This document shows, one piece after another, positions 34,653-44,987 of a stretch of 64,000 nucleotides of DNA. The stretch comes from Rhodothermaceae bacterium bin80 (lineage in GTDB: Bacteria; Bacteroidota; Rhodothermia; Rhodothermales; Bin80). The first letter of the stretch is position 1; the number at the start of each line of letters is the position of its first letter. The stretch lies in NCBI GenBank assembly GCA_002238805.1, contig MPNB01000001.1, positions 71,957 to 135,956 on the forward strand. The letters are read 5' to 3'. The notes under the pieces were generated by a model. The model saw nothing but the letters and a program-made list of their open reading frames with translations, did not search any database and had not been told where the DNA came from. A program made the translations under genes and the position numbers.

Positions 34653-35495
34653 ATGATTAAGCGAATAGTTGTCGCGCTGGATGCTGACACGGATACCCCA
34701 GTGGCAACGCGTTATGCAACAGAGATTGCACGCGAACACAATGCTGAGCTGACGGGAATGGCCGTCGTGGATATGGCTAGCATTTCGGCATCTTCAAAAG
34801 GTGGCGGAATTGGCAGCATGTATCTTATGTCAAAGGTTCAGGAAAGCCTAACGGTTGAAGCCCGCGAGGTCGCCCAGACGTTGACGCGGGCATTTAGGGA
34901 CGCTGTGGCCGAAAGCGGAGTCCAGTCACAGGTTGTCATTGAGGAAGGAGTGGCACTTCAACGCATTATTGAGGACATGAACTGCCGGGATTTGTTGGTT
35001 ATTGGCAAGGAGCCACATTTCTTCTATAGCCACCCTGACGAAACCCCCACGACACTGGAAGAGATTGTCAGTCATGTGGTGAGTCCCGCCTGCGTGATTC
35101 CTAGCAGATACAGGAAGGTTGAGCGAGTAATGGTTGCTTATGACGGCAGTGCTGCCTCGGTTCGTGCCATGCGCAGTTTTTTCCAGCTCAAGCCTTTTGG
35201 GAGTGGCGTAATTGTAGAGGTAATCAATGTGTACAGCAAGGGGGAGCGTGCCAGTGCATTGCTCGCGCTTACGCAGGTGAAAGCGTATGGCGAAGCGCAT
35301 GGATATTCTGTTAATACGCTTGCTCTTGAAGGAACAGATCCGAGCGAGGAAATCGTAAAGGCGCTGGAGCGCCATCAGACAGATGTTCTGGTAGCCGGTG
35401 CACATATTGTTTCCCCGTTATCCCGGATTGCATTTGGATCAACGAGTGCAAGTCTATTGCACCAGGTCAATATCCCCATGTGGCTGGAGGCCTAG
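34653..35495 (+). CDS. Tandem-domain universal stress protein
   Basis: KRIVVALD..., VMVAYDGSAAS, DVLVAGAH..FGSTSASLL. Confidence 0.88.
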   Translation: MIKRIVVALDADTDTPVATRYATEIAREHNAELTGMAVVDMASISASSKGGGIGSMYLMSKVQESLTVEAREVAQTLTRAFRDAVAESGVQSQVVIEEGVALQRIIEDMNCRDLLVIGKEPHFFYSHPDETPTTLEEIVSHVVSPACVIPSRYRKVERVMVAYDGSAASVRAMRSFFQLKPFGSGVIVEVINVYSKGERASALLALTQVKAYGEAHGYSVNTLALEGTDPSEEIVKALERHQTDVLVAGAHIVSPLSRIAFGSTSASLLHQVNIPMWLEA

Positions 35496-35519
35496 CCTCT
35501 GGCATAACCGCCAGGTTTG

Positions 35520-36017
35520 ATGGCGACTCCACCTCGCCGCCGAGCACGTTGCGCAGTGCTGCAAGCGCTTTACGCATACGCGCTCAGTGGAGATACCCAG
35601 TCTCACGTAAATAATACTGTTCTTTTGCCGCGGCTGCCTCGGCAGGAGGGGGCCATGGATCTGGGAATAGCACTATTCAGCAAGGTGATTGGTGAGCATG
35701 ATCTGCTCGATGAAATAATTGCCACAAATACCAAAAACTGGGATTTGAAGCGCATTCTCAGGATCGACCTGATCATTCTCCGCATGGCTATCTGTGAATT
35801 CCTGTACTTCAAACAGATCCCTCCCAAGGTGACCATGAACGAGGCTATTGAGCTAGCCAAAATGTTCAGTACCGAGGAAAGCAAAGATTTTGTGAATGGC
35901 GTACTTGATTCGATTGCGTTCAGATTAAGAAAAGAAGGCAGGCTCGTCAAGAGTACGGCAGGGCTTCAAGGTTGGGAGGAGATGGTGCAGAGGCAGAACA
36001 CCCAGCGATCCAAGTAA
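35520..36017 (+). CDS. nusB: Transcription antitermination factor NusB
   Basis: RRRARCAVLQALY, DLIILRMAICE, NEAIELAKMFS, FVNGVLD. Confidence 0.95.
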   Translation: MATPPRRRARCAVLQALYAYALSGDTQSHVNNTVLLPRLPRQEGAMDLGIALFSKVIGEHDLLDEIIATNTKNWDLKRILRIDLIILRMAICEFLYFKQIPPKVTMNEAIELAKMFSTEESKDFVNGVLDSIAFRLRKEGRLVKSTAGLQGWEEMVQRQNTQRSK

Positions 36018-36123
36018 ACAGGAAAATTTGCCTTGGCAATTTTTAGGCGTTGGCGTTAGTATCTGGAATCCACCCATCTGATTATTCCATGTGTGATACT
36101 TGAGATAGGAACACGGTGTGTGA

Positions 36124-36783
36124 ATGGGACTCATTGCTGTCGGTGATATTCATGGTTGCTCGCGGACGCTGAAAGCTCTGTTAAAGATCTTGTCTCCCGG
36201 ACCAGAAGATCATCTTGTTTTCCTGGGGGATTATGTGGATCGTGGACCGGACACACGAGGGGTTATTCATCAGTTGCTAACACTGTCCAGTCAGGTCAAA
36301 TGCACTTTCTTGCGAGGCAATCATGAGCAGGCGATGCTGGACTGGTTGAGTGGAAAGAAGGGAACTCATTGGTTGTATTTTGGAGGAGAAGAAACCCGGC
36401 AGAGTTACGTGCAGGGAGGCAGGATGGAAATGCCAGCGACGCATCTATCCTTTCTACAATCAACCACGCTGTACTTGGAGACATCGGAGTTTTTCTTTGT
36501 TCATGCGGGGCTTCGCCCTGACTGTACGGTCCAGGAAAACAAGCGTCGCGCAGATGCCGAAGTATTTCTCCGCTATCGGGGCCATCTCCGAGTAGCGGTG
36601 CCACTATGGGAAAAGTGCGTTGTATTTGGGCATACGCCACATTCGGATCCGATATTGACCGATCGGATGATTGGCATTGATACGGGCTGTGTGTTTCCGG
36701 AACGTCTTGGGCAGGGACGCCTGACCGCAATCCGATTGCCCGAGCGCGAGGTGATTGCGGTTGCCAACCAGGAGTTCAGCTAA
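36124..36783 (+). CDS. Ser/Thr phosphatase-like metallophosphoesterase
   Basis: GDIHG, GDYVDRG, RGNHE, VHAG, GHT, IDTG. Confidence 0.92.
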   Translation: MGLIAVGDIHGCSRTLKALLKILSPGPEDHLVFLGDYVDRGPDTRGVIHQLLTLSSQVKCTFLRGNHEQAMLDWLSGKKGTHWLYFGGEETRQSYVQGGRMEMPATHLSFLQSTTLYLETSEFFFVHAGLRPDCTVQENKRRADAEVFLRYRGHLRVAVPLWEKCVVFGHTPHSDPILTDRMIGIDTGCVFPERLGQGRLTAIRLPEREVIAVANQEFS

Positions 36784-37360
36784 AGGGTTTGGCCTTCAGG
36801 ATATCTGGTGACCTCATCGATAGATCCTTTCTTGTCTCACGTCGGAGGATCTATTTTGGCAGGCCACAATTCAGTCAGGTGAAGCCAGCGCATCTCTTAC
36901 GGACTGTGTTCCCGGATCCGTAGCGGAGAATTCGTCACATCCTTTGAAGTACTGCTTACTTGATCCAATGAGGAGATGCCTGAATGTCCGGGATTTTTGC
37001 CAGTTCTTGCAGATCGCACGTGTCTTCGCGTTTCTCGCCCTTCAGGAAAACGAGCACCGCTTCCAGCACTGTTAGTCCGGTGTAGCGCGGATTTGGGCGG
37101 GGAGCGCTGTTCCACCTGTTCAATGCGTTTGCGCTGCTTTTCCGATAGCTCTTGTTTGTCTTGTTTCATTGTTCGCCCTCTTCCATTTTGTGTTTAACAT
37201 ATTCGCCGATCTGGAATAACCCATGCAGGCTCTTCCAGACCGGCCAGATAAATGGGCCTCTAAGAAAGAAAGGTTGCAACGATCAAGGTAATCAGCAACG
37301 GTACCCCCTGTTCCTCCTGCCATTAGGTGCTAACTTGGGGAATTAGTGGAATACAGGGGA

Positions 37361-38530
37361 CTAATCTCTAAGTTCTGGGAACGCCCACTTTGTGAAGCTT
37401 TTAGCGACTACAGCGCAGAACTTAAGTGTGTTCTCGCTAGTCAACATGTCAATAGAGGGAACACCGCACTCTGAGAGTGCATGATTGATTGCATGATTGA
37501 TTGCGTTGTTTTTGGCCCGCTGTCTGTCTAGCTCTACCCATGTATCTAGCAAGGCCCCCACAGCCGTTTGCGTTATGTCAGAGGCAATCATTTCGTAATC
37601 GTAAATTCTGCGAATCTCGTCTGACGATATATCTATATCAACTTCAAGCCCCAAGTCCTTTCCGGTCACCGGATCAATGGCATACCCACACGAAAAATCC
37701 GCCCCTGCATATTTGCTTGATAAGCAGGCAATTATTCGATAGACGCCAAAGTATTCTACATAGGCGACTATCTGCTTCTGAAGAGAATCTCCGCGAATCC
37801 AGACGCAATGGAAGAACGATTGCCTAGGTCTGTTTCTTACCAAATCCCTCATGTTGAAGTATCCAAAACATGGTTCCCCGTCCTCGAACAAATAGCTTTG
37901 GGCATGCTCGCACTGATCAATGTCCAGCCCACAGCGATATAGCATGGCGAGGCAAGTTTTAATAACAGACTTGCCAGCCTCCACGCCGCCAAATGTGAGC
38001 TCGCCCCTAAACCAACTGCTTGGCTCTTTTGACCTAGTTGCCAGTTGAAGTAACTTGTCCCGGCTTAATTTCGGGTGCTTTTTCACAATGCCGGGTATCA
38101 TGCTTTCCAATTCCTTGAATGTCCGTGCTTTGATATTTACTTTTATCTTTCCGTCCAATTCCTTGATTTCACACACGGGTTTTGCAAGACTCATTGATCC
38201 GTCAGGGTGATACCTGAGCCCTTTGCCGTCGATCCCTTCTACGGCAAAGGGCTGATTGGCACCACTAGAGCGCTTAACGCCCAACAATGTGCAAAATGGC
38301 CTCAAGTGCCGGACAAGCTCCGCGTCCCATTTATTGCCAGTTCTACTGTTACAGTCAATGCATATAAACCAATTGACCTTTCTGCGGCCTCCGATTGCGT
38401 TGGGGAATATGTGCTCCTTGGTGGCGTTCGAGTCAGTGAGCGGAGTCTTGCACAAAGCGCATGGCATATTGTCGTAGGTCGTCGTCTCTTTCGTCATAGT
38501 AATGTTCTGTTTGTATATCGTTCTGTCCAT
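37361..38530 (-). CDS. HNH endonuclease-family protein
   Basis: CALC...KEHIFPNAIGG...ICIDCN. Confidence 0.8.
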   Translation of the reverse strand: MDRTIYKQNITMTKETTTYDNMPCALCKTPLTDSNATKEHIFPNAIGGRRKVNWFICIDCNSRTGNKWDAELVRHLRPFCTLLGVKRSSGANQPFAVEGIDGKGLRYHPDGSMSLAKPVCEIKELDGKIKVNIKARTFKELESMIPGIVKKHPKLSRDKLLQLATRSKEPSSWFRGELTFGGVEAGKSVIKTCLAMLYRCGLDIDQCEHAQSYLFEDGEPCFGYFNMRDLVRNRPRQSFFHCVWIRGDSLQKQIVAYVEYFGVYRIIACLSSKYAGADFSCGYAIDPVTGKDLGLEVDIDISSDEIRRIYDYEMIASDITQTAVGALLDTWVELDRQRAKNNAINHAINHALSECGVPSIDMLTSENTLKFCAVVAKSFTKWAFPELRD

Positions 38531-38849
38531 CTATGTCATATATCCGAATCCCGCTCGAAGGTCATGCGCAACTCCACATGCTTGCTCTCACCTGTAACCA
38601 GACGCGTGCCATGCGTTGCTGTAGCCGGAACGAACTCGGTTTTATATCGCTTTTCTTCGTGTTTGCGGAGTAAGTACGCTGGTAATCCGGTAGAAATTCC
38701 GCTCGCAAATCGCCCCCTTTATTGCCAAATCGACAAGTTGTAACTGTATCCTATAAATGTGCGCACGACCTACGGGTATCGTCAGATTGGCATGGATGAA
38801 TCGAATTGCATCATCCCATTCAGCAAGGTGCGTACCGCCTTTCATATTG

Positions 38850-39370
38850 CGGCACAAATTCGTGCTTATCCGACCAAGATACGCACCATTCGCGCACGAA
38901 TTGGCCTTGCAGTCCACGCTCCTTATCCGGTCAATCAAGGCGTGGACGGGCACTTTGGTCTTAGGTAGTGCCCCCGGTTATTTGATGTCGGATTCGTGGT
39001 TACCGCTTCGGTGCGGCCCGGCTGAACGGCCCAGAACAAAGAAGCTGGTTGGCACAGGGGAATCTTTGCCGTCCAATGTGAAGCAATCCCGCACAAGGTT
39101 CGTGATTGACGAATATGCCAATAATGCGGGATAATTCGTTGCCGCGTGTGCTTCCGAGACATGTTTGGCAGTGCAACGCAACAGTGCAAACATTGTGGAA
39201 GGACATTGCCCGCTGAATAAACGCTGACGAGAGCTTGTGATACCTCCCGTACCGCGGATTGCCGACCACAAGCACTTTGCTATATTCGTCTGGAACGTCA
39301 AACTTTAACGAGTCAGTACGCATGACGGCCTCGTGCTGCGGGTCTAAGTCAAGCCGGTTAAGTTGGTGCA
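38850..39370 (-). pseudogene. Frameshifted DNA methyltransferase remnant
   Basis: VLVVGNPRYG (degenerate NPPY), continuing across frames (LSSAFIQRAM / LPNMSRKHTRQRIIP / FTLDGKDSPVPTSF); limits approximate. Confidence 0.5.
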
Positions 39371-39374
39371 TTTA

Positions 39375-39640
39375 CGCTATCAATTCACCGTGCATCAGCC
39401 TGCGGCCGACCATGCCAGCTACTATGTGCTGTATTTGATCCTTTGTATCCAGATTGCGCAGGTTATGTTTGCCCGCGAACTGCGCTACATACCTGTGCTG
39501 GCATGCACGTCCACGAATCCCTTCAATGTCTTGCCGTTCGCATTCTCGATTACCTGTGCGACCACCTGATTGGAGACCCTATCTTTATTCCCAAGGCCAC
39601 CTTTTTGCCCACTGTGCCTCGACCGACCTTGAGTTCCTGC
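39375..39640 (-). mobile_element. IS1595-family transposase remnant (internally deleted)
   Basis: GRGTVGKKVALGIK / DRVSNQVVAQVIENANGKTLKGFV / HRYVAQFAGKHNLRNLDTKDQIQHIVAGMVGRRL. Confidence 0.75.
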
Positions 39641-39836
39641 TCCGTTGGTTCTCGGTTTTCGCTCTTCCTCTTGGCTTCAGATGGATGCGACATTATCTGA
39701 CGCATTGCGAGCTCCATCTCTGGTATTGTGATTGTCTTGCACTCAGTCCTCGCTATCTCCGAAACGTCGATCTCGTGCTTCTTTAGTGTCATTTGTTGCA
39801 TAATTGTGGAGCTTTTATCATAAGGCAAACGTGAAT

Positions 39837-40958
39837 TTATCTCGCACCCTTGCTTTGGTTACACCGCCTATGCACCACCTGACAATTCGACTCTTCCGTC
39901 CTCCCGCCCTTTGACCATGGCTTTATGTGGTCTGCATGGGCATCATCATATGCCATGGCTTCACCGCAGATTGCACACTTACCCTCCTGCTGCTGGTAGA
40001 TTGTTGTCTTGGTATTCTCATCGAACGTCCGCAGGTTAAGCAGGGCTGGTTGCACTTCCCCACCTAGGATGTACTCGTAGATCCCTGATTTCTTCTTCAC
40101 TTCCAAATCTTTGAGCAGCTCCTGTTGCTTCTTTTTAGTGTCCTCTGGGTTGTAGGTCTTCATACCATACTTGCGGTGTAGATCTCCCCAGTTGAGGTTG
40201 TGCATGGACAATTTATTTGTCTTGAAGAGAGACTCGATCCATCCGTAAACTTCCTTGAAATATTCCCATAAGCCATCCGCGTTCTCTTCGTGTTGGTGCA
40301 GAGCCATAAACTTCCGGATCTCACTATCCTTACTGCTCCCGGTCATCCACTCGATGATCCTCTCCAGATGTTCCTGTCGCTCCCGATCCCCTTTCATGTA
40401 CTTGGAGCACATTCTCTGCTGATTCCCTGCTCTAGTGAAGTAGTACTGTGCAGAAGTTGTCCATGCTCCAGGGTAGAGAGAGTTCCGTAGCTCTTGATCC
40501 GACAGAGCTTCCGCACCTGTGTTGATTGTCTGGAACCACTTCATGAGTTCGCTATGTTTCCCCTTGCAGATATAGACATGGAGTTCATAGTCCATAATCT
40601 TTTTTCTACCCTCGTCCGACATGCTTGACCAGAAAGTCTCCCGCCCATCAAGGATGATGTGACAAAGCCCTTTGCGTATATACCCCGCAATCGTCATGAT
40701 TCGCTGCTGCCCGTCCAGTAACTCAAATTTCCCATCCCCCTTATCCGCGAAGTAGATCAGATTGATCGGACGGTGATAGTAAACGGACTCCATCAGTGCC
40801 ATCTTAAAGTCCTCGTTTTCCTGATGTATGTACTGGCGTTGGTAGGGCGGGCGAATGTTCAGGTTACCGCGGTAACCAACGATTTTTCCAGTCTCTTCAT
40901 CTGCCTCGTAACCATCCACGATCTCGCGGACAAGAATTTTCTCCTCTTTAATTTTCAT
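39837..40958 (-). CDS. DUF262 (GmrS/ParB-like) plus C-terminal HNH endonuclease
   Basis: RPPYQRQY, LDGQQR, FQTINTG; CAIC..ADHIKPWSKGGRTEESNCQ. Confidence 0.88.
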   Translation of the reverse strand: MKIKEEKILVREIVDGYEADEETGKIVGYRGNLNIRPPYQRQYIHQENEDFKMALMESVYYHRPINLIYFADKGDGKFELLDGQQRIMTIAGYIRKGLCHIILDGRETFWSSMSDEGRKKIMDYELHVYICKGKHSELMKWFQTINTGAEALSDQELRNSLYPGAWTTSAQYYFTRAGNQQRMCSKYMKGDRERQEHLERIIEWMTGSSKDSEIRKFMALHQHEENADGLWEYFKEVYGWIESLFKTNKLSMHNLNWGDLHRKYGMKTYNPEDTKKKQQELLKDLEVKKKSGIYEYILGGEVQPALLNLRTFDENTKTTIYQQQEGKCAICGEAMAYDDAHADHIKPWSKGGRTEESNCQVVHRRCNQSKGAR

Positions 40959-41958
40959 GAGTTGCCTCCTTGTGACGGATTAAGATACGTGCGTATTTTT
41001 TCTTTCCATTGATGTAGGGATAGCCAAAATTGGATTCCGTGACCCTGGTCGTAGCCATCTGCCCGACAATCTCGAACTGCTCTGGGCAGAACTTATCCAG
41101 GAATGAACTAGGTACCCCCATTACTCCACGATAATCCTCCGGAATGTCCCTTACTGCGTCCACATTGATCGCATCGTAGTTATCGTATTTCGAATACTGA
41201 TCAGGTCTGTACGTCTTATCCAGAATCAACGGTCTATGTCGCTTGCTGTGATCAAGATTAGTGAACCATACTGCATTCCCCAACCTCCCCTTTACCACCC
41301 CCCCTACCAAGCGGTAGCTGCTACCCTCCTTCTTGGTCTTAACCATATCTCGTGCATACGCATCGGGCACGTCAAAGAGCATGTCTCGGCTGCCCGGACC
41401 GTGACCAAGCCAGACAAGCCCGTCCTTGATGAGCGGAAACATTTCCTTGTAGTCGATTGCAGTGGTTCGTCCGATAATCAAAAACTTCTTATCATGCTCC
41501 ATCAGCTGTGAAACATACTCCCTGAAGAGAGAGAATGGCGGATTCGTGCAGACAATGTCTGACTGCTTCAGCATCTCAATACACTCCTCGCTCCGGAAGT
41601 CTCCGTTTCCGTTCAGGTGCTTCACCGCGATTTCATGCGGATCTGGGTAGCGGTTTCCGTTCTTGTCGCCTTCGTACTCTAGGTAAATTGCCCGTCTGGA
41701 ATCATGTTGGGAAAACCCATCCCGATCCTGACTCTTGTAGCAGGTGGTGATCAGCTTCTTGAGTCCAAGGAACTCGAAGTTGAGCGAGAAGTACTTAAAA
41801 AAGCTACTCACTCTGGGGTCGTCGCAGTTGCAGTACACCACCCTCCCCCTAAAATGGTCTGTGTAGTGGCTGAGTTCGCTCTGTATGTCGGTTAGCTGCG
41901 TATAGAATTCGTCCTTTTTGTTTCGCTTCGCAGCGTGTAAATCCCGGTTCTGTGACAT
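40948..41958 (-). CDS. Adenine-specific methyltransferase, EcoRI family
   Basis: AKRNKKDEFYT, YCNCDDP, GDFRSEEC, TNPPFSLFREY. Confidence 0.9.
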   Translation of the reverse strand: MSQNRDLHAAKRNKKDEFYTQLTDIQSELSHYTDHFRGRVVYCNCDDPRVSSFFKYFSLNFEFLGLKKLITTCYKSQDRDGFSQHDSRRAIYLEYEGDKNGNRYPDPHEIAVKHLNGNGDFRSEECIEMLKQSDIVCTNPPFSLFREYVSQLMEHDKKFLIIGRTTAIDYKEMFPLIKDGLVWLGHGPGSRDMLFDVPDAYARDMVKTKKEGSSYRLVGGVVKGRLGNAVWFTNLDHSKRHRPLILDKTYRPDQYSKYDNYDAINVDAVRDIPEDYRGVMGVPSSFLDKFCPEQFEIVGQMATTRVTESNFGYPYINGKKKYARILIRHKEATHEN

Positions 41959-42240
41959 GGGTTATTTGTTTCGGATATGCTGGTTTAACACGTAGGTTGC
42001 GGCGGGGGCTTCGCGAACAGTGTGTGTAGATCGCTCGAGCGAGATGGTCGAATGCATCTTCCAGTGAGGACAAACCAAGTCCAGTTGTAAGGATTCACCT
42101 TAGCATGCAACATATTTCTCTATGCGTTACAACTTTTTGTCGCATCTCATCAGAGAAATTAGCCTAGTACTGTTAAGTCGTGCAGGCTTACTGCGTTCTC
42201 AATCCTGTTAGTGTAGGGCTAATTGGCCGAGAGCAAATGA

Positions 42241-43245
42241 TCATGCGGTTAGGTCTTTGTAGGAAATACGACGGTTTCCTAGGTTGCGTGCAAATGCAGC
42301 CATTCGATCAATGGTGGGGATCTCACAGTTTCCGATATTGAGACGCATAGTGGATTCGTTCACGTATCGGTGGAGGTGCTTTGGTGAAACAGGATACCAT
42401 GTGCCATTGAGAGATCGCTTGAACAGTGCCCAAAACCCTCATACTGTTGGTGTTCACGCCTCCTCTCCACATTCTTTCTGGCTATGATTGACTGAAGCAT
42501 GTGTGAGCGGCAAATTGTCGTATATCCTGGATTCGTCCGTGTAAATTACTGCCCCAGCCTCAACTGAATCTACCGCGAACTTGTTTGCCGTTTTACCGTA
42601 TGTGTTTGAACTGGATCCACAATGATCGCACCATTGCGTTCTTTCGCTCCCATTACAGGAATCTTCTCCACCGTCCCCCGCCCCGCATTCAGCTTCTTGT
42701 CTGCGTGTTTATTAGATTCTTTCCCACCAATATATGACTCGTCCATCTCAACAACATTGGAAAGTTTTAACTCACCAGACTGGCAGGCTTCGCGAATTCG
42801 ATGCCGCATATACCAGCTGTACTGCACGCCCAGCTCTTTTGATAGCTGCTTTGTACTCACGCCTTTCCTAGTAGTCATCACGCTGAAAATGGCGATCATC
42901 CAGTTCTGCAGAGGCGTTTTTGTTGCGTGAAGAACTGACCAGTCGTAACAGTGAAGTGCTTTCGGCATTTTCCGCACCAATACGCATTCGGTTTGCTCGG
43001 CGGAGTGGTAATTCGCTTGGTTTCCCCGCACATATTGCAGGTAGGCATTCCATCCCAACGCACCTGTTCGAGCCCATTTGATGCACGCGTTGTCATCTGG
43101 AAACTTCCGTAGAAGTTGTACAACGCTGATTGTTTCAACAGTCCGCGTATTAATTCTTGCATGAACTTTTGCTGAGCTGCTGATTATTATGTGTCACGGG
43201 AACGAAAAATTTCAGTGCCAGTGTGGATTTTACTATATAAATCCC
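42241..43245 (-). mobile_element. IS1595-family element, frameshifted transposase pseudogene
   Basis: Zn ribbon CNMC..WCGKC, VEMDESYIGG, KKLNAGRGTV, IYTDESR, SPKHLHRYVNE; putative end GGGATTTATATAGTAA at 43230-43245. Confidence 0.85.
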
Positions 43246-43291
43246 ATATACCTCCCTCCCCCAAAAGGTAGTCTCGTCGAAGGGAATCAAA

Positions 43292-43801
43292 TCACAAAGC
43301 AACCCAAATCCCAAAGCGAAATGCCGGGCGTCGTGAGCCGATTTCAGCGAAGACGATTTGTCGGCCCAGTGAGCCGGTGTATCGAATATACGGATCGAGA
43401 AAAAGGCTGAACTGACGATTTTTCTCCGCACGTGAGGCGTTTTGCAGGAAAGTTAGTGCAGGGCCGAAGCGCACACCGAGGTAAAGATCATACGCGTAAT
43501 TTGCCCGCCCTATAACGCGCAGGATCCCCAAAGGGCGCAGTGCAGCCCCGACGCCCGCGGAGATATGCACGGGCGTTCGTTCTTCCCAGAGTTCAGTATC
43601 AACGAAAGTGATCACTTCAAGCGAGTAGACACTGCGGGTTTGAACGTGTCCTGCTTGAAGTCCAGCACCCGGCCATGCGCCAAGCCCGACCTGCAGCTGT
43701 GAGGTCTGTGCTAAGGCGGGAAACCCGCTTAGAACCAAGGATATAAGCAGGCAGCTGGTGGTCCTGTACAGAATCAATGGCTTGTTAGTCTGTGCACGCA
43801 A
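43292..43801 (-). CDS. Secreted / outer-membrane beta-strand-rich hypothetical protein
   Basis: Signal peptide (PALA-Q), amphipathic strands, aromatic-rich C-terminus. Confidence 0.6.
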   Translation of the reverse strand: MRAQTNKPLILYRTTSCLLISLVLSGFPALAQTSQLQVGLGAWPGAGLQAGHVQTRSVYSLEVITFVDTELWEERTPVHISAGVGAALRPLGILRVIGRANYAYDLYLGVRFGPALTFLQNASRAEKNRQFSLFLDPYIRYTGSLGRQIVFAEIGSRRPAFRFGIWVAL

Positions 43802-43803
43802 TG

Positions 43804-43870
43804 ATTGCCGGATTGCCCGGTGCTGGAAAGCCCATGCTCTTTAACGCGATTAGTGGCGCAGGTGCCGTCC
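43804..43870 (+). repeat. Degenerate direct repeat of the ychF 5' coding end
   Basis: Translates IAGLPGAGKPMLFNAISGAGAV versus ychF IVGLPNVGKSTLFNALSGAGAV (from 45718). Confidence 0.75.
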
Positions 43871-43959
43871 CGTTAATCGGTAAACCCTGGTCACATCCAT
43901 TGGACTAACGTCATTTCAACTATTGGGGGATTATGTGCTTAACTGCACGGTACCGATTT

Positions 43960-44450
43960 CACGGGTCATATTTCTGAACCACGGCTTTTACGGTCACCCC
44001 ATTGGGATACGAGTTGCCCCTTGCGGTGGATTCCCCATGTAGCCAACCTTCAGGATCTGTAATTGATTGTCCTGAATCTTAACATCCTCCGGGATCGTGA
44101 GAAAGGGTGTGTGCCATGTCTGGAATGTAGCCTCGGCCGATCTTTTCCTTCTCTGAAGAACGCCTTCCAGGCATCTGCCTGGTATTTCAGCGTGCAGCGA
44201 ACCACCTTGAAGGGGTATTCAGGCAATCATCCAATCCTGTGTCTGAGCACATGAAACGTTTGTCCAGTGAGAAAAAGCTGACTGAGAGTGGCTTGTTTCC
44301 TGCTTCGTTCGCTTGCTCGTACGCTTCATTTTGCCGTGCGAGCATGGCGTTCCATAAAAACCTGTACGCACCCGCTAACCCCCAACAGCTTCGGCGCATT
44401 CTCGCGACTGCCAGGAAATAAGCAGAATTCGCCAGTGCGGTAAGCAGTCG
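43960..44450 (-). pseudogene. TnpB (IS200/IS605-type) N-terminal remnant
   Basis: LFPGSRENA..LAGAYRFLWNAMLARQNEAY..SVSFFSL..YPFKVVRCTLKYQADAWKAFF..TIPEDVKIQDNQLQI across frameshifts. Confidence 0.7.
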
Positions 44451-44654
44451 CGCGCACTTCCGTTGATTCGGTTTCAGGACCGGTTCTACGAACGCAGTAA
44501 TCGGCACATCATCCGTTCGCTCCTGCCAGTAGATTTCCGAATTGGCCCCATATGTGCAAATCGCGCACATTTCCGTCTAAATGGGAGAGTATTCCCCCTT
44601 AAACGCGATGCTTGGGACAGTCTGACGCGCTTTACGACAACTCCAAGGCATAGA

Positions 44655-44987
44655 TCAAGTGAGGGCGATAACAGCCGAAAGAATTATCGTTGCAAAACCA
44701 ATGACCCAGATCAGGACATTGTACTTCGTGTTCACAGCGTCCAACTGGGCCTTCATGGTTGCGTTCACAGTATTCATGGTTGCGTTCACAGTGTCCAACT
44801 GGGCCTTCATGGTTGCGTTCACAGTGTCCAGTTTTGCTCCGAATTGAGCAATTAGATTTGCGGATGCCATATTTTCGAAAATTTCAGTGAGTTCGTTTGC
44901 TTCATCAGCAGTGAGCTTCTTCTTGCGCAGTAGCCTAGAAGCACGCGTGAATGGACCTGTATGGTCGTTGTTTATCTCTTCTGACAT
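44655..44987 (-). CDS. Small coiled-coil protein with C-terminal TM and internal repeats
   Basis: LDTVNATMKAQ repeats; hydrophobic C-terminus. Confidence 0.65.
   Translation of the reverse strand: MSEEINNDHTGPFTRASRLLRKKKLTADEANELTEIFENMASANLIAQFGAKLDTVNATMKAQLDTVNATMNTVNATMKAQLDAVNTKYNVLIWVIGFATIILSAVIALT
44730..44833. repeat. In-frame tandem repeat (33+21+33 bp units)
   Basis: GTTCACAG..TTCATGGTTGC units start at 44730, 44763, 44784, with a partial unit at 44817. Confidence 0.85.

Noticed and set aside
36897-37346. Short ORFs as a possible toxin-antitoxin pair
   Set aside because: No family motif recognised; frames appear broken
44730-44833. Repeats that might be a mini CRISPR array
   Set aside because: Units are directly tandem with no unique spacers, lie in frame within a CDS, and no cas genes are present
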